NCBI GenBank assembly: GCA_950097015.1
Contig: CATNEN010000007.1
Location: 6,138,001-6,202,000 of the forward strand
Direction of reading: 5' to 3'
Length of the DNA: 64,000 nt
DNA from: Macrostomum hystrix
Lineage: Eukaryota; Animalia; Platyhelminthes
In this document: positions 1-11,633 of the stretch, piece after piece
Layout: the number at the start of each line of letters is the position of its first letter
Numbering within the stretch: the stretch's first letter is position 1
The notes under the pieces: model-generated
Told to the model about the DNA's origin: nothing
Database searches by the model: none
The model's input: only the letters and a program-made list of their open reading frames with translations
Position numbers and translations under genes: made by a program

Positions 1-452
1 AGATCATCATGTGTGTCTGTCACCCTTCCCTGATCATCAGGTGTGTCTATCACCCTTCCCTGATCATCAGGTGTCTGTCACCATTCCCTGATCATCAGGT
101 GTGTCTGTCACCATTCCTAGATCATTAGGTGTGTCTGTCACCATTCCCAGATCATCAGGTGTGTCTGTCACCATTCCCTGATCATCAGGTGTGTCTGCCA
201 CCATTCCCAGATCATCAGATGTGTCTGTCACCCTTCCCTGATAATCAGGTGTGTCTGTCACCCTTCCCAGATCAATAGGTGTCTGTCACCATTCCTAGAT
301 CATCATGTGTGTCTGTGACCCTTCGCAGATTATCAGGTGTGTCTGTCACCCTTCCCAGATCATCAGATGTGTCTGTCACCCTTCCCAGATCATCAGATGT
401 GTCTGTCACTATTCCCTGATCATCAGGTGTGTCTGTCACCCTTCCCAGATCC
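1..452. repeat. 30-bp minisatellite (AGATCATCAGGTGTGTCTGTCACCCTTCCC), truncated by the window start
   Basis: ~15 visible tandem copies. Confidence 0.95.
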
Positions 453-1010
453 TGCTATTCTTATGTTTTAGAAGCAATAAGTGTATCAGGAGGTCAATTG
501 ACATGACCTTACACACCTATTGAGAGTCATGCTTAATCCACGAGTCGTGTGCTTGTTCTCTATTGAAAATGATCGACCTACCTTACCGACCTATCTTTGG
601 TTACATGTAAAATATCTCCACACATCAGGAAGCCTATTGTCAGAGATTGTGTACATGAGGAATGTGTCCATGCAGTATTCATTAATTGGCTCAGCCTGAC
701 TAGTTTTAAGTAGTTCAAAGCGAGTTGCAATAAGTACATGTTTTCTCTGTCTGCGTAGCACAGTGTAACCAATGTGTTTGCCCCGTTGCCACACTAAGAC
801 CTGATTTAGATTCTTACTATATTTCTTATTATTTTTGCTATTTTAGCATGCTAATCTCTACTAGAATAGAACTCATTTGTCTTGTGTCGAGTGATTTTTG
901 CAAACCTGATCAAGTCACAGAAAAGTGCAACCGATTATCTGAAATCGCTTCAACTTTATCGGCGTTCAGTTTTTTAACGCATAATATTGATTGATTGCAC
1001 CTGGATCTAG

Positions 1011-1230
1011 TAATAATAATTGCAGCAGGGCTGCAGGCAGTGGCGCATCATTTAGTGACACTAGACCCGCAGCCAGCGAGGAGGCAATTCTGCCCATTCC
1101 GCTGACTCCTGAGCACACACAGCACACAGATACCGTACGCGCGGCTGCGCCAAAAATTACTGTGGGCAGGGAATCGAGCTCAGGGACCTTGGTGCGAGAG
1201 GCAAACGCGTTAACCGCTCTGCTACTCACC
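1011..1230 (-). mobile_element. tRNA-derived SINE (family B), copy 1
   Basis: On the minus strand: A box TAGCAGAGCGG, degenerate B box GCTCGATTCC, 3' stem-loop and (ATT)n tail. Closely similar to 19195-19488. Confidence 0.75.
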
Positions 1231-1262
1231 CCCCTGCCTCACTTGGGCCATTTGCACCCTAT

Positions 1263-1338
1263 TGCACAGCCGTAGCTGCTGCCAGTTCAGTCCATGGACT
1301 GGGGAGGCGCCACACCCACCCTCAATTACCTCAGCTGA
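1263..1338 (-). mobile_element. Fragment of SINE family A
   Basis: CACAGCCG..., GTTCAGTCCATGGACTGGG...CACACCCAC...CTCAATTACC are shared with 10676-10770. Confidence 0.7.
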
Positions 1339-2513
1339 TGCAGCTAAAAGCCTTAGTAGTTTTAAAAGTACTTTCGCCATGAAACCTGGCCGATAATATT
1401 TAACAAGAAAAAAGTCTTAATACACTATTTTCTTAGTGTCGTACGCTGATTAGGTGTACGGGCACAATTATTATTATCAGCAGCAGCAAGTCGGTCAAAT
1501 TGGAAGATTCCGAATTCTTAGAACTCGATCCCGACTCCGGATTTGACCGCAAAATTTGGGATTAGCATAATCTGGGCAAGAGATAGCACAATGCAGCTAT
1601 TGCCGATGACAAAGACCGCAAGGAATAATGCCCTCATAGAACCAGAAAGCTGCATGCACTGATTTCGGCCAATTCAATTATGAAAATCAGACATTTCCAT
1701 CGGCATTTTCTTTGATGCCCTATTAGGTGCTCGAGCAATTTTATTGGTTATTTGTTTCTTGACATTGTGCGTGGAGGTATTAACGGATGACGACTTTACA
1801 ACGCTGTGTCATTGCAGTATGGTAAATTAATCATTATTTTGAACTATAATGACCTGGGTCATAGCATTGGTGTGACTAATGCCAATTATGAAGTTCAGTC
1901 ATGGTTTTGGTCACAGCAGTAAATATAATAATTAATCATGATACTCATGATGTTCATGATTTTGTCACAGCTGCGGAGACAAATAACAACTATTTCTCCA
2001 TGCACAAAGCAGTCCTTTAGTATGAAAATTCTCGTGCTAGCTTGCTAGATTTTCACTTATTCGTCGAGCCTAGCTACAGAAATTATGAAACATCGCAAAA
2101 CTGACCTTCAAAATGACGATTAACAGGCTAGATAGCAGAGTGTTTATATACTCATACATAAATTAATAGCGTTTGAATGTGGGGGGCAATCCGGCAGTAA
2201 ACTAATTGCGCACTTCACTAAAACAAGCGCATGCAATATTTCAACGAGTTTTGCGTGTGAAAATCGCCACAGTTGAACAAATTGCGCTGCAATTCGAATA
2301 TTTATAATTCTTGATAAAACACACGACCGGTGTGATATCAAGATGCTGTCATGTAATTTGTTTCTCTTTGACCTTGAGGCCCTTTAAAATATTATTGGAA
2401 TAAGTCACGTGGGCCAAGGTTCTAAATGTGTGAATAAGGAGGGGTTTCCTCGATTCTAAAAATAGCCAATCAAATCAAACTTGAATTGCATATCCTGCAG
2501 TTAGTCTGTACGA

Positions 2514-2549
2514 CTGTTCAGTCCATGGACTGAGGGCCACCACACCCAT
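2514..2549 (-). mobile_element. Short fragment of SINE family A
   Basis: CTGTTCAGTCCATGGACTG...CACACCCA is shared with 10720-10756. Confidence 0.55.
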
Positions 2550-3011
2550 CAAAATGTCCACCCCAGCTAGTTAGCATAGCTAGTATGGTCTGCGAGGAAA
2601 CACAATGCAATTTTCGGCTGACTTGCTGGCGACCGTCTTCGACCCGCTCAAGCGGTTCCAGTCCTGCCCAAGTGCGGCTAATTTGCTAAGGTCAGGCCGC
2701 GGACACCGCCATAGTCAGGGTGTTGCTAGCCCAACGATGTCTGCCGCGGCGATGCATTAGGCGATGAGATTGAAAGATAATTGAGCAAGGCCAAGATGCT
2801 TATGCCACCCGCCTGGCTGTCGAGCTCAGCAATTTGGGACATCCCTCCCCGCCAGCTTCCATCCCGATTGCCTCCCGGCCTGCGCCGCTAGTGCTGGGGG
2901 TGGCTGCGGCCAAGCTTGTTTGCATCAACATCAACTTGCTTGTTCAACATCCGGTTCAGCTGGCTTCTTGGCTTGGACTTTCTGCGACTGCCGATTTGAT
3001 AATCCGACTCT

Positions 3012-3617
3012 CCCGTCTGACTATGCAAATCTACCGTCTGACTATCCAAATCTACCGTCTGACTATCCAAATCTACCGTCTGAATATGCAAATCTACCGT
3101 CTGAATATGCAAATCTACCGTCTGACTATGCAAATCTACCGTCTGACTATCCAAATCTACCGCCTGACTATCCAAATCTACCGTCTGACTATCCAAATCT
3201 ACCGTCTGACTATCCAAATCTACCGCCTGACTATCCAAATCTACCGTCTGACTATCCAAATCTACCGCCTGACTATCCAAATCTACCGTCTGAATATGCA
3301 AATCTACCGCCTGACTATCCAAATCTACCGTCTGAATATCCAAATCTACCGCCTGACTATCCAAATCTACCGTCTGACTATCCAAATCTACCGTCTGACT
3401 ATCCAAATCTACCGCCTGACTATCCAAATCTACCGTCTGACTATCCAAATCTACCGTCTGACTATCCAAATCTACCGTCTGACTATCCAAATCTACCGTC
3501 TGAATATGCAAATCTACCGTCTGAATATGCAAATCTACCGCCTGACTATCCAAATCTACCGCCTGACTATCCAAATCTACCGCCTGACTATCCAAATCTA
3601 CCGCCTGACTATGCAAA
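3012..3617. repeat. 21-bp minisatellite (CCGTCTGACTATCCAAATCTA)
   Basis: ~29 copies, followed by degenerate ~22-23-bp repeats to ~3855. Confidence 0.95.
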
Positions 3618-4321
3618 TTAATTTTTTTAAAGATTTCGACTGTACACCCAGATATTTTTCTACCCCTGATAATAGGATTTTACCCTCTCAATAAAGGATT
3701 CTACTACATGATTAAAGGATTCTACCCCCGATTAAATGATTCCACCCCTTGATTAAATGATTCTACCCCCGATTGAATGATTCCACCCCTTGATTAAAGG
3801 ATTCTATCCCCGAATATTTGATTTTACCGCCTGCTAAAATGATTCCACTCCTGACAATCTTGTACTCCATGTGTACTTGTGCATCACCTCGAGGTCCTTC
3901 ATCGCTTGCTCTTTTACAATCAGCCGAGTCACTTTATTTTGGATAAAAATTTAGAGCGGTTGCTGAGTGCTGAGAAGCCTTTCTCACGGAATCTCCTTTT
4001 AGGTGAGCAACTGGCCTGGGAAGTGTTTCGCAAAGAAAACCGCTTCAAAAACGGGTCGGGCAATAGAAAATCAGAAGCAAATCCTGAGAGCTTCCGCAGC
4101 GAAGTTGAACTGTCGTCACGGTGGCCTTGCCCGCGGGCGGCTGCGTTGACCGTCGGAGTGGAACAGATTCGAAGAGTCAGGCAAGCGGCACTGATTCGCT
4201 GCGGCCAAGCCTTCATGGCACGCCCGGCTCTTCCTTAGGCGAGCGCCTTCTTGGCCGAGCGTGTCGCCTCCGCCCCCCATATGAGCTCATTCTCACATTT
4301 TCACTGCCTTGCCTCTGTCAG

Positions 4322-4488
4322 ACTGGGGTCTGTTCTATGGTACTGGGGTCTGTTCTATGGTACTAGGGTCTGTTCTATGGTACTGGGGTCTGTTCTATGG
4401 TACTGGGGTCTGTTCTATGGTACTGGGGTCTGTTCTATGGTACTGGGGTCTTGTTCTATGGTACTGGGGTCTTGTTCTATGGTTCTAT
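4322..4488. repeat. 20-bp minisatellite (TACTGGGGTCTGTTCTATGG)
   Basis: ~8 copies. Confidence 0.93.
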
Positions 4489-5310
4489 GCCACAATGCTC
4501 TCGATTCAAGCCACAGTTAGCCATAAATCTTACGGGAGTGATTCCCAATCTAAATTTTGCTGAAGTCGACACAAATCTCTACTCGCATCTACTCTATAGG
4601 CTAGTTGAATTTGCTCACCTTATTCTCATCCGTCTTCTTAAAAAGCTCTCCTCCCGTTGACTGCTGAGCAAATTAAACGCACTAGAAGCTTCAGAAAGTT
4701 GAGAGTTGACACAGATCGCCGCTTGCTTAATTAAAGTTCTTTAACTGATCAATCCATCTTAGCCCCAAACTAGGACAGTTTACCTTTCACGCGCGCAAGT
4801 TTGCTCTCAATGGGTGGAATTGAAAGTGACATTGCGGTGAAAAAAATTGCAGACTCGAGCAAGCCTTAGACTGAGTGGTCGTGAAGTGCCAGAATTTCAG
4901 CAATCAATCCGGTTGAAGAGGATCCGGGGAACCATTAAATTTCTATTTGACACTAGATAGGTTGCCGAAATTCAATTTGAAGAGTCAACGCGTCATGAAT
5001 AACTGATTCTCTGGGGTGGCAGCTTTTGTGCCTTGGTGTAAGGACTTCTTCAAACCCAGAGGTCCGGTCACTAAACTCCCTGAGTCTGTGAATGTTTTGG
5101 GATTAAAAGCGGCCTTGGGATTTGGTCGCTAAGACCGGCTTAATTTGAAAGATCTTCGGCCTCCCTTGACGGGGCCAAAATAATACAGAAGTCTTACTCC
5201 ATAACTTTTTCCTGGATGAGTGAAAGCCTTGATCTCAAGCTATTCCATTCTGTAGCTGTAAATCTTCTTAATAGTCGTGTCCTCTCACGGCCGGCGAAAA
5301 TTATTATCTG

Positions 5311-5600
5311 CCACTTTCTACACAGGTCATTGAGTGCGTCTGTCACTTCCCACACAGGTCATTGAGTGCGTCTGTCACTTCCCACACAGGTCATTGAGTG
5401 CGTCTGTCACTTCCCACACAGGTCATTGAGTGCGTCTGTCACTTCCCACACAGGTCATTGAGTGCGTCTTTCACTTCCCACACAGGTCATTGAGTGCGTC
5501 TGTCACTTCCCACACAGGTCATTGAGTGCGTCTGTCACTTCCCACACAGGTCATTGAGTGCGTCTGTCACTTCACACATAGGTCATTGAGTGCGTTTGAC
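5311..5600. repeat. 32-bp minisatellite (CACTTCCCACACAGGTCATTGAGTGCGTCTGT)
   Basis: ~9 copies. Confidence 0.95.
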
Positions 5601-5820
5601 ACAATCCACCGGTTATTAAGCAATAAATAAATGAGTCATGCCATTGTAAATAATTGTTCTAGTTCATCAGTAAGCGATTAATTGTAGAAAAGTTTCGTCT
5701 AGAATCTTCACGTAAAAATTTAGTCGATTTTACTCTGAAAAAAATTAAAAAACTAAAGCAAACAGGCGCATAATTTATCGAGTACCCCTATTTTTTTACT
5801 AAGTGTGCTCAGAATCTACT

Positions 5821-5826
5821 TTTATT
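5821..5826 (-). promoter_or_regulatory. Candidate polyadenylation signal (AATAAA) of the mGluR gene
   Basis: First AATAAA seen on the minus strand after the stop at 7601. Confidence 0.35.
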
Positions 5827-6081
5827 CTCGTTCGGTTTCCTGGAAGGATGAGACAGTAGTCACGAGGGAGATTGTTCTCAGTAAGGATTGTTTAAATTTG
5901 CTCCCCCGGATGTTCAGTCGATTATGACAACCCATAGAAACAAAAATGCAAAAGGAATTTTGGGGGTGGGGCAAGTGAGGATCTTTTTGAAACATTTTGA
6001 TCCTCTCATTGCGGATCTACAGTCAACGAAATGATGCGACAGCACCCGACGGAGACCTCACATTAGGCAGAATGAGAGAAG

Positions 6082-7572
6082 GGTAGGACAGGTAGGACAG
6101 GTAGGACAGGTAGGACAGGTGGGACAGGTAGCACAGGTTGGACCGGTAAGACAGATAGGACAGTTAGGACAGATAGGACTGGTAGTACAGGTAGGACAGG
6201 TAGTACAGGTAGGACAGGTAGTACAGGTAGGACTGGTAGTACAGGTAGGACTGGTAGTACAGGTAGGACTGGTAGTACAGGTAGGACAGGTAGTACAGGT
6301 AGGACTGGTAGTACAGGTAGGACTGGTAGTACAGGTAGGACTGGTAGTACAGGTAGGACTGGTAGTACAGGTAGGACTGGTAGTACAGGTAGGACTGGTA
6401 GTACAGGTAGGACTGGTAGTACAGGTAGGACTGGTAGTACAGGTAGGACTGGTAGTACAGGTAGGACTGGTAGTACAGGTAGGACTGGTAGTACAGGTAG
6501 GACTGGTAGTACAGGTAGGACTGGTAGTACAGGTAGGACTGGTAGTACAGGTAGGACTGGTAGTACAGGTAGGACTGGTAGGATAGGTAGGACAGGTAGG
6601 ACAGGTAGGATAGGTAGGACAGGTAGGACAGGTAGGATAGGTAGGACAGTAGGACAGGTAAGACAGGTAGGACAGGTAGGACTGGTAGGACTGGTAGTAC
6701 AGGTAGGACAGGTAGGATAGGTAGGACAGGTAGGACAGGTAGGACAGGTAGGACAGGTAGTACAGGTAGGACAGGTAGTACAGGTAGGACAGGTAGTACA
6801 GGTAGGACAGGTAGTACAGGTAGGACAGGTAGGACTGGTAGTACAGGTAGGACAGGTAGGATAGGTAGGACGGTAGGACAGGTAGGATAGGTAGGACAGG
6901 TAGGACAGGTAGGATAGGTAGGACAGTAGGACAGGTAAGACAGGTAGGACAGGTAGGACAGGTAGGATAGGTAGGACAGGTAGGACAGGTAGGATAGGTA
7001 GGACAGGTAGGACAGGTAGGATAGGTAGGACAGGTAGGACAGGTAGGATAGGTAGGACAGGTAGGACAGGTAGGATAGGTAGGACAGGTAGGATAGGTAG
7101 GACGGTAGGACAGGTAGGATAGGTAGGACAGGTAGGACAGGTAGGATAGGTAGGACAGTAGGACAGGTAAGACAGGTAGGACAGGTAGGACAGGTAGGAT
7201 AGGTAGGACAGGTAGGACAGGTAGGATAGGTAGGACAGGTAGGACAGGTAGGATAGGTAGGACAGGTAGGACAGGTAGGATAGGTAGGACAGGTAGGACA
7301 GGTAGGATAGGTAGGACAGTAGGACAGGTAAGACAGGTAGGACAGGTAGGACAGGTAGGATAGGTAGGACAGGTAGGACAGGTAGGATAGGTAGGACAGT
7401 AGGACAGGTAAGACAGGTAGGACAGGTAGGACTGGTAGGACTGGTAGTACAGGTAGGACAGGTAGGATAGGTAGGACAGGTAGGACAGGTAGGATAGGTA
7501 GGACAGTAGGACAGGTAAGACAGGTAGGACAGGTAGGACTGGTAGGACTGGTAGTACAGGTAGGACAGGTAA
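6082..7572. repeat. 9-bp (GGTAGGACA and variants) array with 18/27-bp sub-periods, just downstream of the mGluR stop
   Basis: ~165 units; starts ~30 bp past the TAG on the minus strand. Confidence 0.95.
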
Positions 7573-7600
7573 GCAGCAGAAAATGAGATCCAGTGCTCGC

Positions 7601-8321
7601 CTAGAGGTCGCTGGTGTCCACGCTGTCCATGTCAAACTGAAGGCCGTGCTGCTCCATGAACTGGTGGAATGTGCGCATCTTCTGCTCGTCATCCTCGAGC
7701 GATTTCATGCCGCCGACGGACAGATTCTCCAGCGACACCATCGAGCGCCGCCCAGTTGAGCCGCCGACGCCGCCGCGACTGTCCGGACATTCGCTGCTTT
7801 CGCTCGAGGTCAGACTGCAGCGGGCGATTGCCAACAACGGCTTCTGCGACTCCGCTGCGACTGCTGAAGGCGGAGGCGGCGGTGGCGTCGGCGATGACCG
7901 AGACGAAACCTCGGCGTGGACACACACCGCGGCGCTCGTTGCCGCCGCCGATGCTGCTGACGCAACAGCCGCAGTCACAACCGCGGCGGCGCTTCCGTGA
8001 ATGTGGTTTAACGGATAATCTCCGTTGACGTCATCATCGAGATCGTCTTCGCCGTTGCAGTCGACTTCGAGTTCTTGACCGCAGGCGGGGCAGCGACCGC
8101 TGCCGCCGCTGCCACCGCGCCATCGAAGGCCGCTGTTATCACCGCTGACGCCTGTCTGGACGAACTTCGAGCTGCACGATCTTCGAACCACGACCACTTC
8201 GGCGTCGTCGCCGACGCAGGCCGCAGTCCAGTCGCGGTGATCGACGGGTGTGGCCGCTCCGTGACAGCCGCCGCCGCCGCCTCGCCGACAGAGGGCAACT
8301 TCGGAGTCGTCTCTATGCGAG
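7601..8321 (-). CDS. GRM1/5-like: mGluR coding exon 7 (long cytoplasmic tail ending TSDL)
   Basis: Acceptor tctgcag|C at 8321 is in phase with exon 6 and with ORF 7601-8197. Ends in a class I PDZ-type motif S-D-L, then TAG. Confidence 0.8.
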
Positions 8322-11300
8322 CTGCAGATTCGATTTAGAATATTAAATTAAGATTGGATTTAGGTAAACTCAAATAGACTTGAGAATGTTTTCGAGCGTA
8401 TTCGCAGCCTTTCAAGCAAACAAACAAACTAAAAAACAAACTAAATAACAGACTAACTGACAAACAAACAAACACACAAACAAACACACAAAAAACAAAC
8501 AACCAAACAAACAAACAACCAAACGAACGAACAAACAAACAAACAAACTAACTAATAAACAAACAACCAAATGAACAAACAACCAAACAAACAAACCAAA
8601 CGAACAAACAAACAAACAAACAAACAAACAACCAAACGAACTAACAAACTAACAAACTAACTAACTAACTACAAGTAACTAACTCGCAGCGCAAGAGCCC
8701 GCACTCACTCGTGCAGTGTTGTGTGCTTGTTAGAAGTCTTCGAGCTGTTGTAGTTATTCGAGTGGCCAATGTGGCAGCGGACCTCCTTTGTGGTGGAGAA
8801 AGCGCTGCGGCTGTTCTTCTCTGGCTTAAACAGGATGATGTACAGTTTGGGCGCGAATAGCAGGGCCAGTGCCACGGTGGCGCTGAGGCTCATAGATAGG
8901 CAGGTGGCGGTCACTTTGTTCTCGCTGCCAAAATATATTGGCACAAAGCTGAGCCAGATGACGCAGGTTGTGTACATCGTGAAGCCGATGAACTTGGCCT
9001 CGTTAAAATTCTCCGGCAGGTTTCTGGTGCGGATGGCGTACAGGGTGCACAGGATGATGAGGAAGCCGTCAAAGCCAAGCGGTACCATGACCCCGGCAGG
9101 GGAGGTATTGCACACAAGCAGGACTCGAAACTTTGGCTCGTATGATATCACAGCGTCTGGCTTCTCGCGAATCAGCATGGCGACGACGATGCCGAGCTCC
9201 AGGCCGATGATGAGGCAGGTGATGACAATCTGGGAGCCGGTGTTCAGGAACCGCGGCTTCCTGGTCATGATCTTCTTCTTGCTGCCGGCTAAAATTCTGG
9301 CGATGCGATTGGTCTTGGTGACGAGGGCGCCGTAGATAAAGGACAGGCTGAGGCCGGGCAGGGTCCGGGACAGGTAGCAGGACACAACTGTGGGCCGGTG
9401 CACCAGGGCGAAAGTGGTCAGGTATGACAGCAGAATTCCGAACAGGATGAAGTGCATCAGCTCCCTGGTCGAGGCCTTGACCACCGGCGTGTTGTAGTAC
9501 TTGCAGATGATGAACACCACCCAGAGCGTCACGAGCATTCCCAGGCAGCTGAAGGCCACGGCCACGATGGCCTCGGTGTCCTGCCAGTGCAGGTAGTCGA
9601 TGGGAATCACTTCGCAGGCTGCGGGTGGGGATGGGTGTTTGAATTCCGCGAGGATTCGATCGATTGCAGGTCATTGGAATGTGACGATGTTACCAGCCTC
9701 ACCTGTATGGTTATCATTGGGCCGGGTGCCATTGTCGCACTTGGTGCATTGCTCCTCACCGAACTCCTTTGTCACGACGGAGGTTTCGTCGCAGGATTTG
9801 CATCTCCAGCAGCACTTTTTCCGCTTGGTGGCGACGACCTGCGTGGAGGGAGGCGATCAATGTAAAACATGCTTTCGGTGTCGAAAAATTTCGAAAAAGT
9901 GTTGGTGGCCGATATGTATTGAAAATTATGTTACAACCGACTTTTTGTTTAAAATGATTAGCAACCGATATGTATCGAAAATGGTTAGCAACCGATATGT
10001 ATCGAAAAATTGTTAGCAGCCGGTACAAATAGAAAACTATTTTAGCAGCCAAAATGTATTAAAAAATTTAAAGCATGTCCACAGAACAAGTAAATACTTT
10101 GTAATAGTATTTAAGGTAATTAAGATAAGGTAATTACACATTATCAGCACATATTAACTCGAGTAGAACACGCAAGCTAAGAGGGCCGCAAAGAAGTTTC
10201 TCAAAAGTTCCCGAAAGCCGCTGACAGAAGCTAGCCAATGAACACTGACAATTAGCAGTCACTGTGACGCTGCTTTTTTTCCTCCTGACAGCGTATTTTG
10301 TTGTTGTTGTAGCAGTCACAGGACACAGGAGAACAAAGAAAATGATGCAGATAGAGAGACAGTAGCCCCAAATTACAGGGACTAATTAAAGCGAATCTCA
10401 TTTTGCTGCGAATTCCGGGATATACAATCGATTGGGCCAGCGACTGGAAGTCCAAGTGTGGGGGCAGAGTGGCAGCTTTCTCGAGTCGATATTGTTGGCA
10501 TCGGACTCGAATATTTCAGCAACGAAGGCTAGCCAAGGCGGAGTCTGGTGAGGTGAATCGGACAGATACAGAATGTACCAATATAATTTATGTGGAAGGA
10601 GGAAGGTTAAGCGGTAGATGGATAATTAATGATTTATTACACCTGTCCCGATTGGGCCAGATGTGCAGCCGACAGCACAGCCGCAGCTATTGCGTGACGC
10701 ATCTGAAGGATGAGTACAGCTGTTCAGTCCATGGACTGGGAGAACGGCACACCCACGCCTCAATTACCCATCTGATTCTGGTACCCATTTAACAGCTAGG
10801 TGAACAGAAGCAATGCAAAGTTAAGTGTCTTGCTAAAGGACACAAACTGTTCCAGTGGAGTCGGGAATCGAACCCACGACCTTAGAGTAGTGAGTCCGAC
10901 GCTCTAACCACAAGGCTAGAATCCCCTTGATTATAGATGGCAGGTAGATGGAGGAATGTCAAGTGGTAGATTGAAGAAGGTTAAGCGGTAGATTAAGGAA
11001 TGTTAAGCGGTAGATGAAGGAATGTTAAGCAGTAGAGGGAGGAAGGTTGAGCGGTAGAGGGAGGAAGGTTAATCGATAGAGGGAGGAAGGTTAATCGGTT
11101 GAGGGAGGAAGGTTAATCGGTAGAGGGAGGAAGGTTAATCGGTAGAGGGAGGAAGGTTAATCGGTTGAGGGAGGAAGGTTAATCGGTAGAGGGAGGAAGG
11201 TTGAGCGGTAGAGGGAGGAAGGTTAATCGGTAGAGGGAGGAAGGTTAAGCGGTAGAGGGAGGAAGGTTGAGCGGTAGAGGGAGGAAGGTTGAGCGGTAGA

Positions 11301-11598
11301 GGGAGGAAGGTTGAGCGGTAGAGGGAGGAAGGTTGAGCGGTAGAGGGAGGAAGGTTGAGCGGTAGAGGGAGGAAGGTTGAGCGGGGAAGGTTGAGCGGTA
11401 GAGGGAGGAATATTAATTAAGAGAGAACGTTAGGAGGCTTAGGGGCTAACCAGTCGGGTCGAAATGCGGCACCTCAGTATAAGGGAAAACGATAAGAGCG
11501 AATGAAGGGGCTGAAGCCATCCGGTGTGTAGAAATAGATGTGCTTTCTGGAATCGCCCAAGAATGAGGAATGTGAAGCCAGGAATAGATGGCCAGCTG

Positions 11599-11633
<35 letters not shown>

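Noticed and set aside
2834-3694. Heptad-repeat ORFs (YPNLPSD, superficially CTD-like)
   Set aside because: A 21-bp tandem repeat is open in several frames on both strands; the plus-strand ORFs start at TTG, with no splice or domain support.
6058-7692. 544-aa Cys/Pro/Thr-rich ORF
   Set aside because: Translation of a 9-bp repeat whose frame wanders among LPV/SYL/PTC; it overlaps the mGluR last exon out of frame.
10861-10926. tRNA gene
   Set aside because: A and B boxes are present but continue into a CORE-like body and tail, with no convincing acceptor stem; it is a SINE head.
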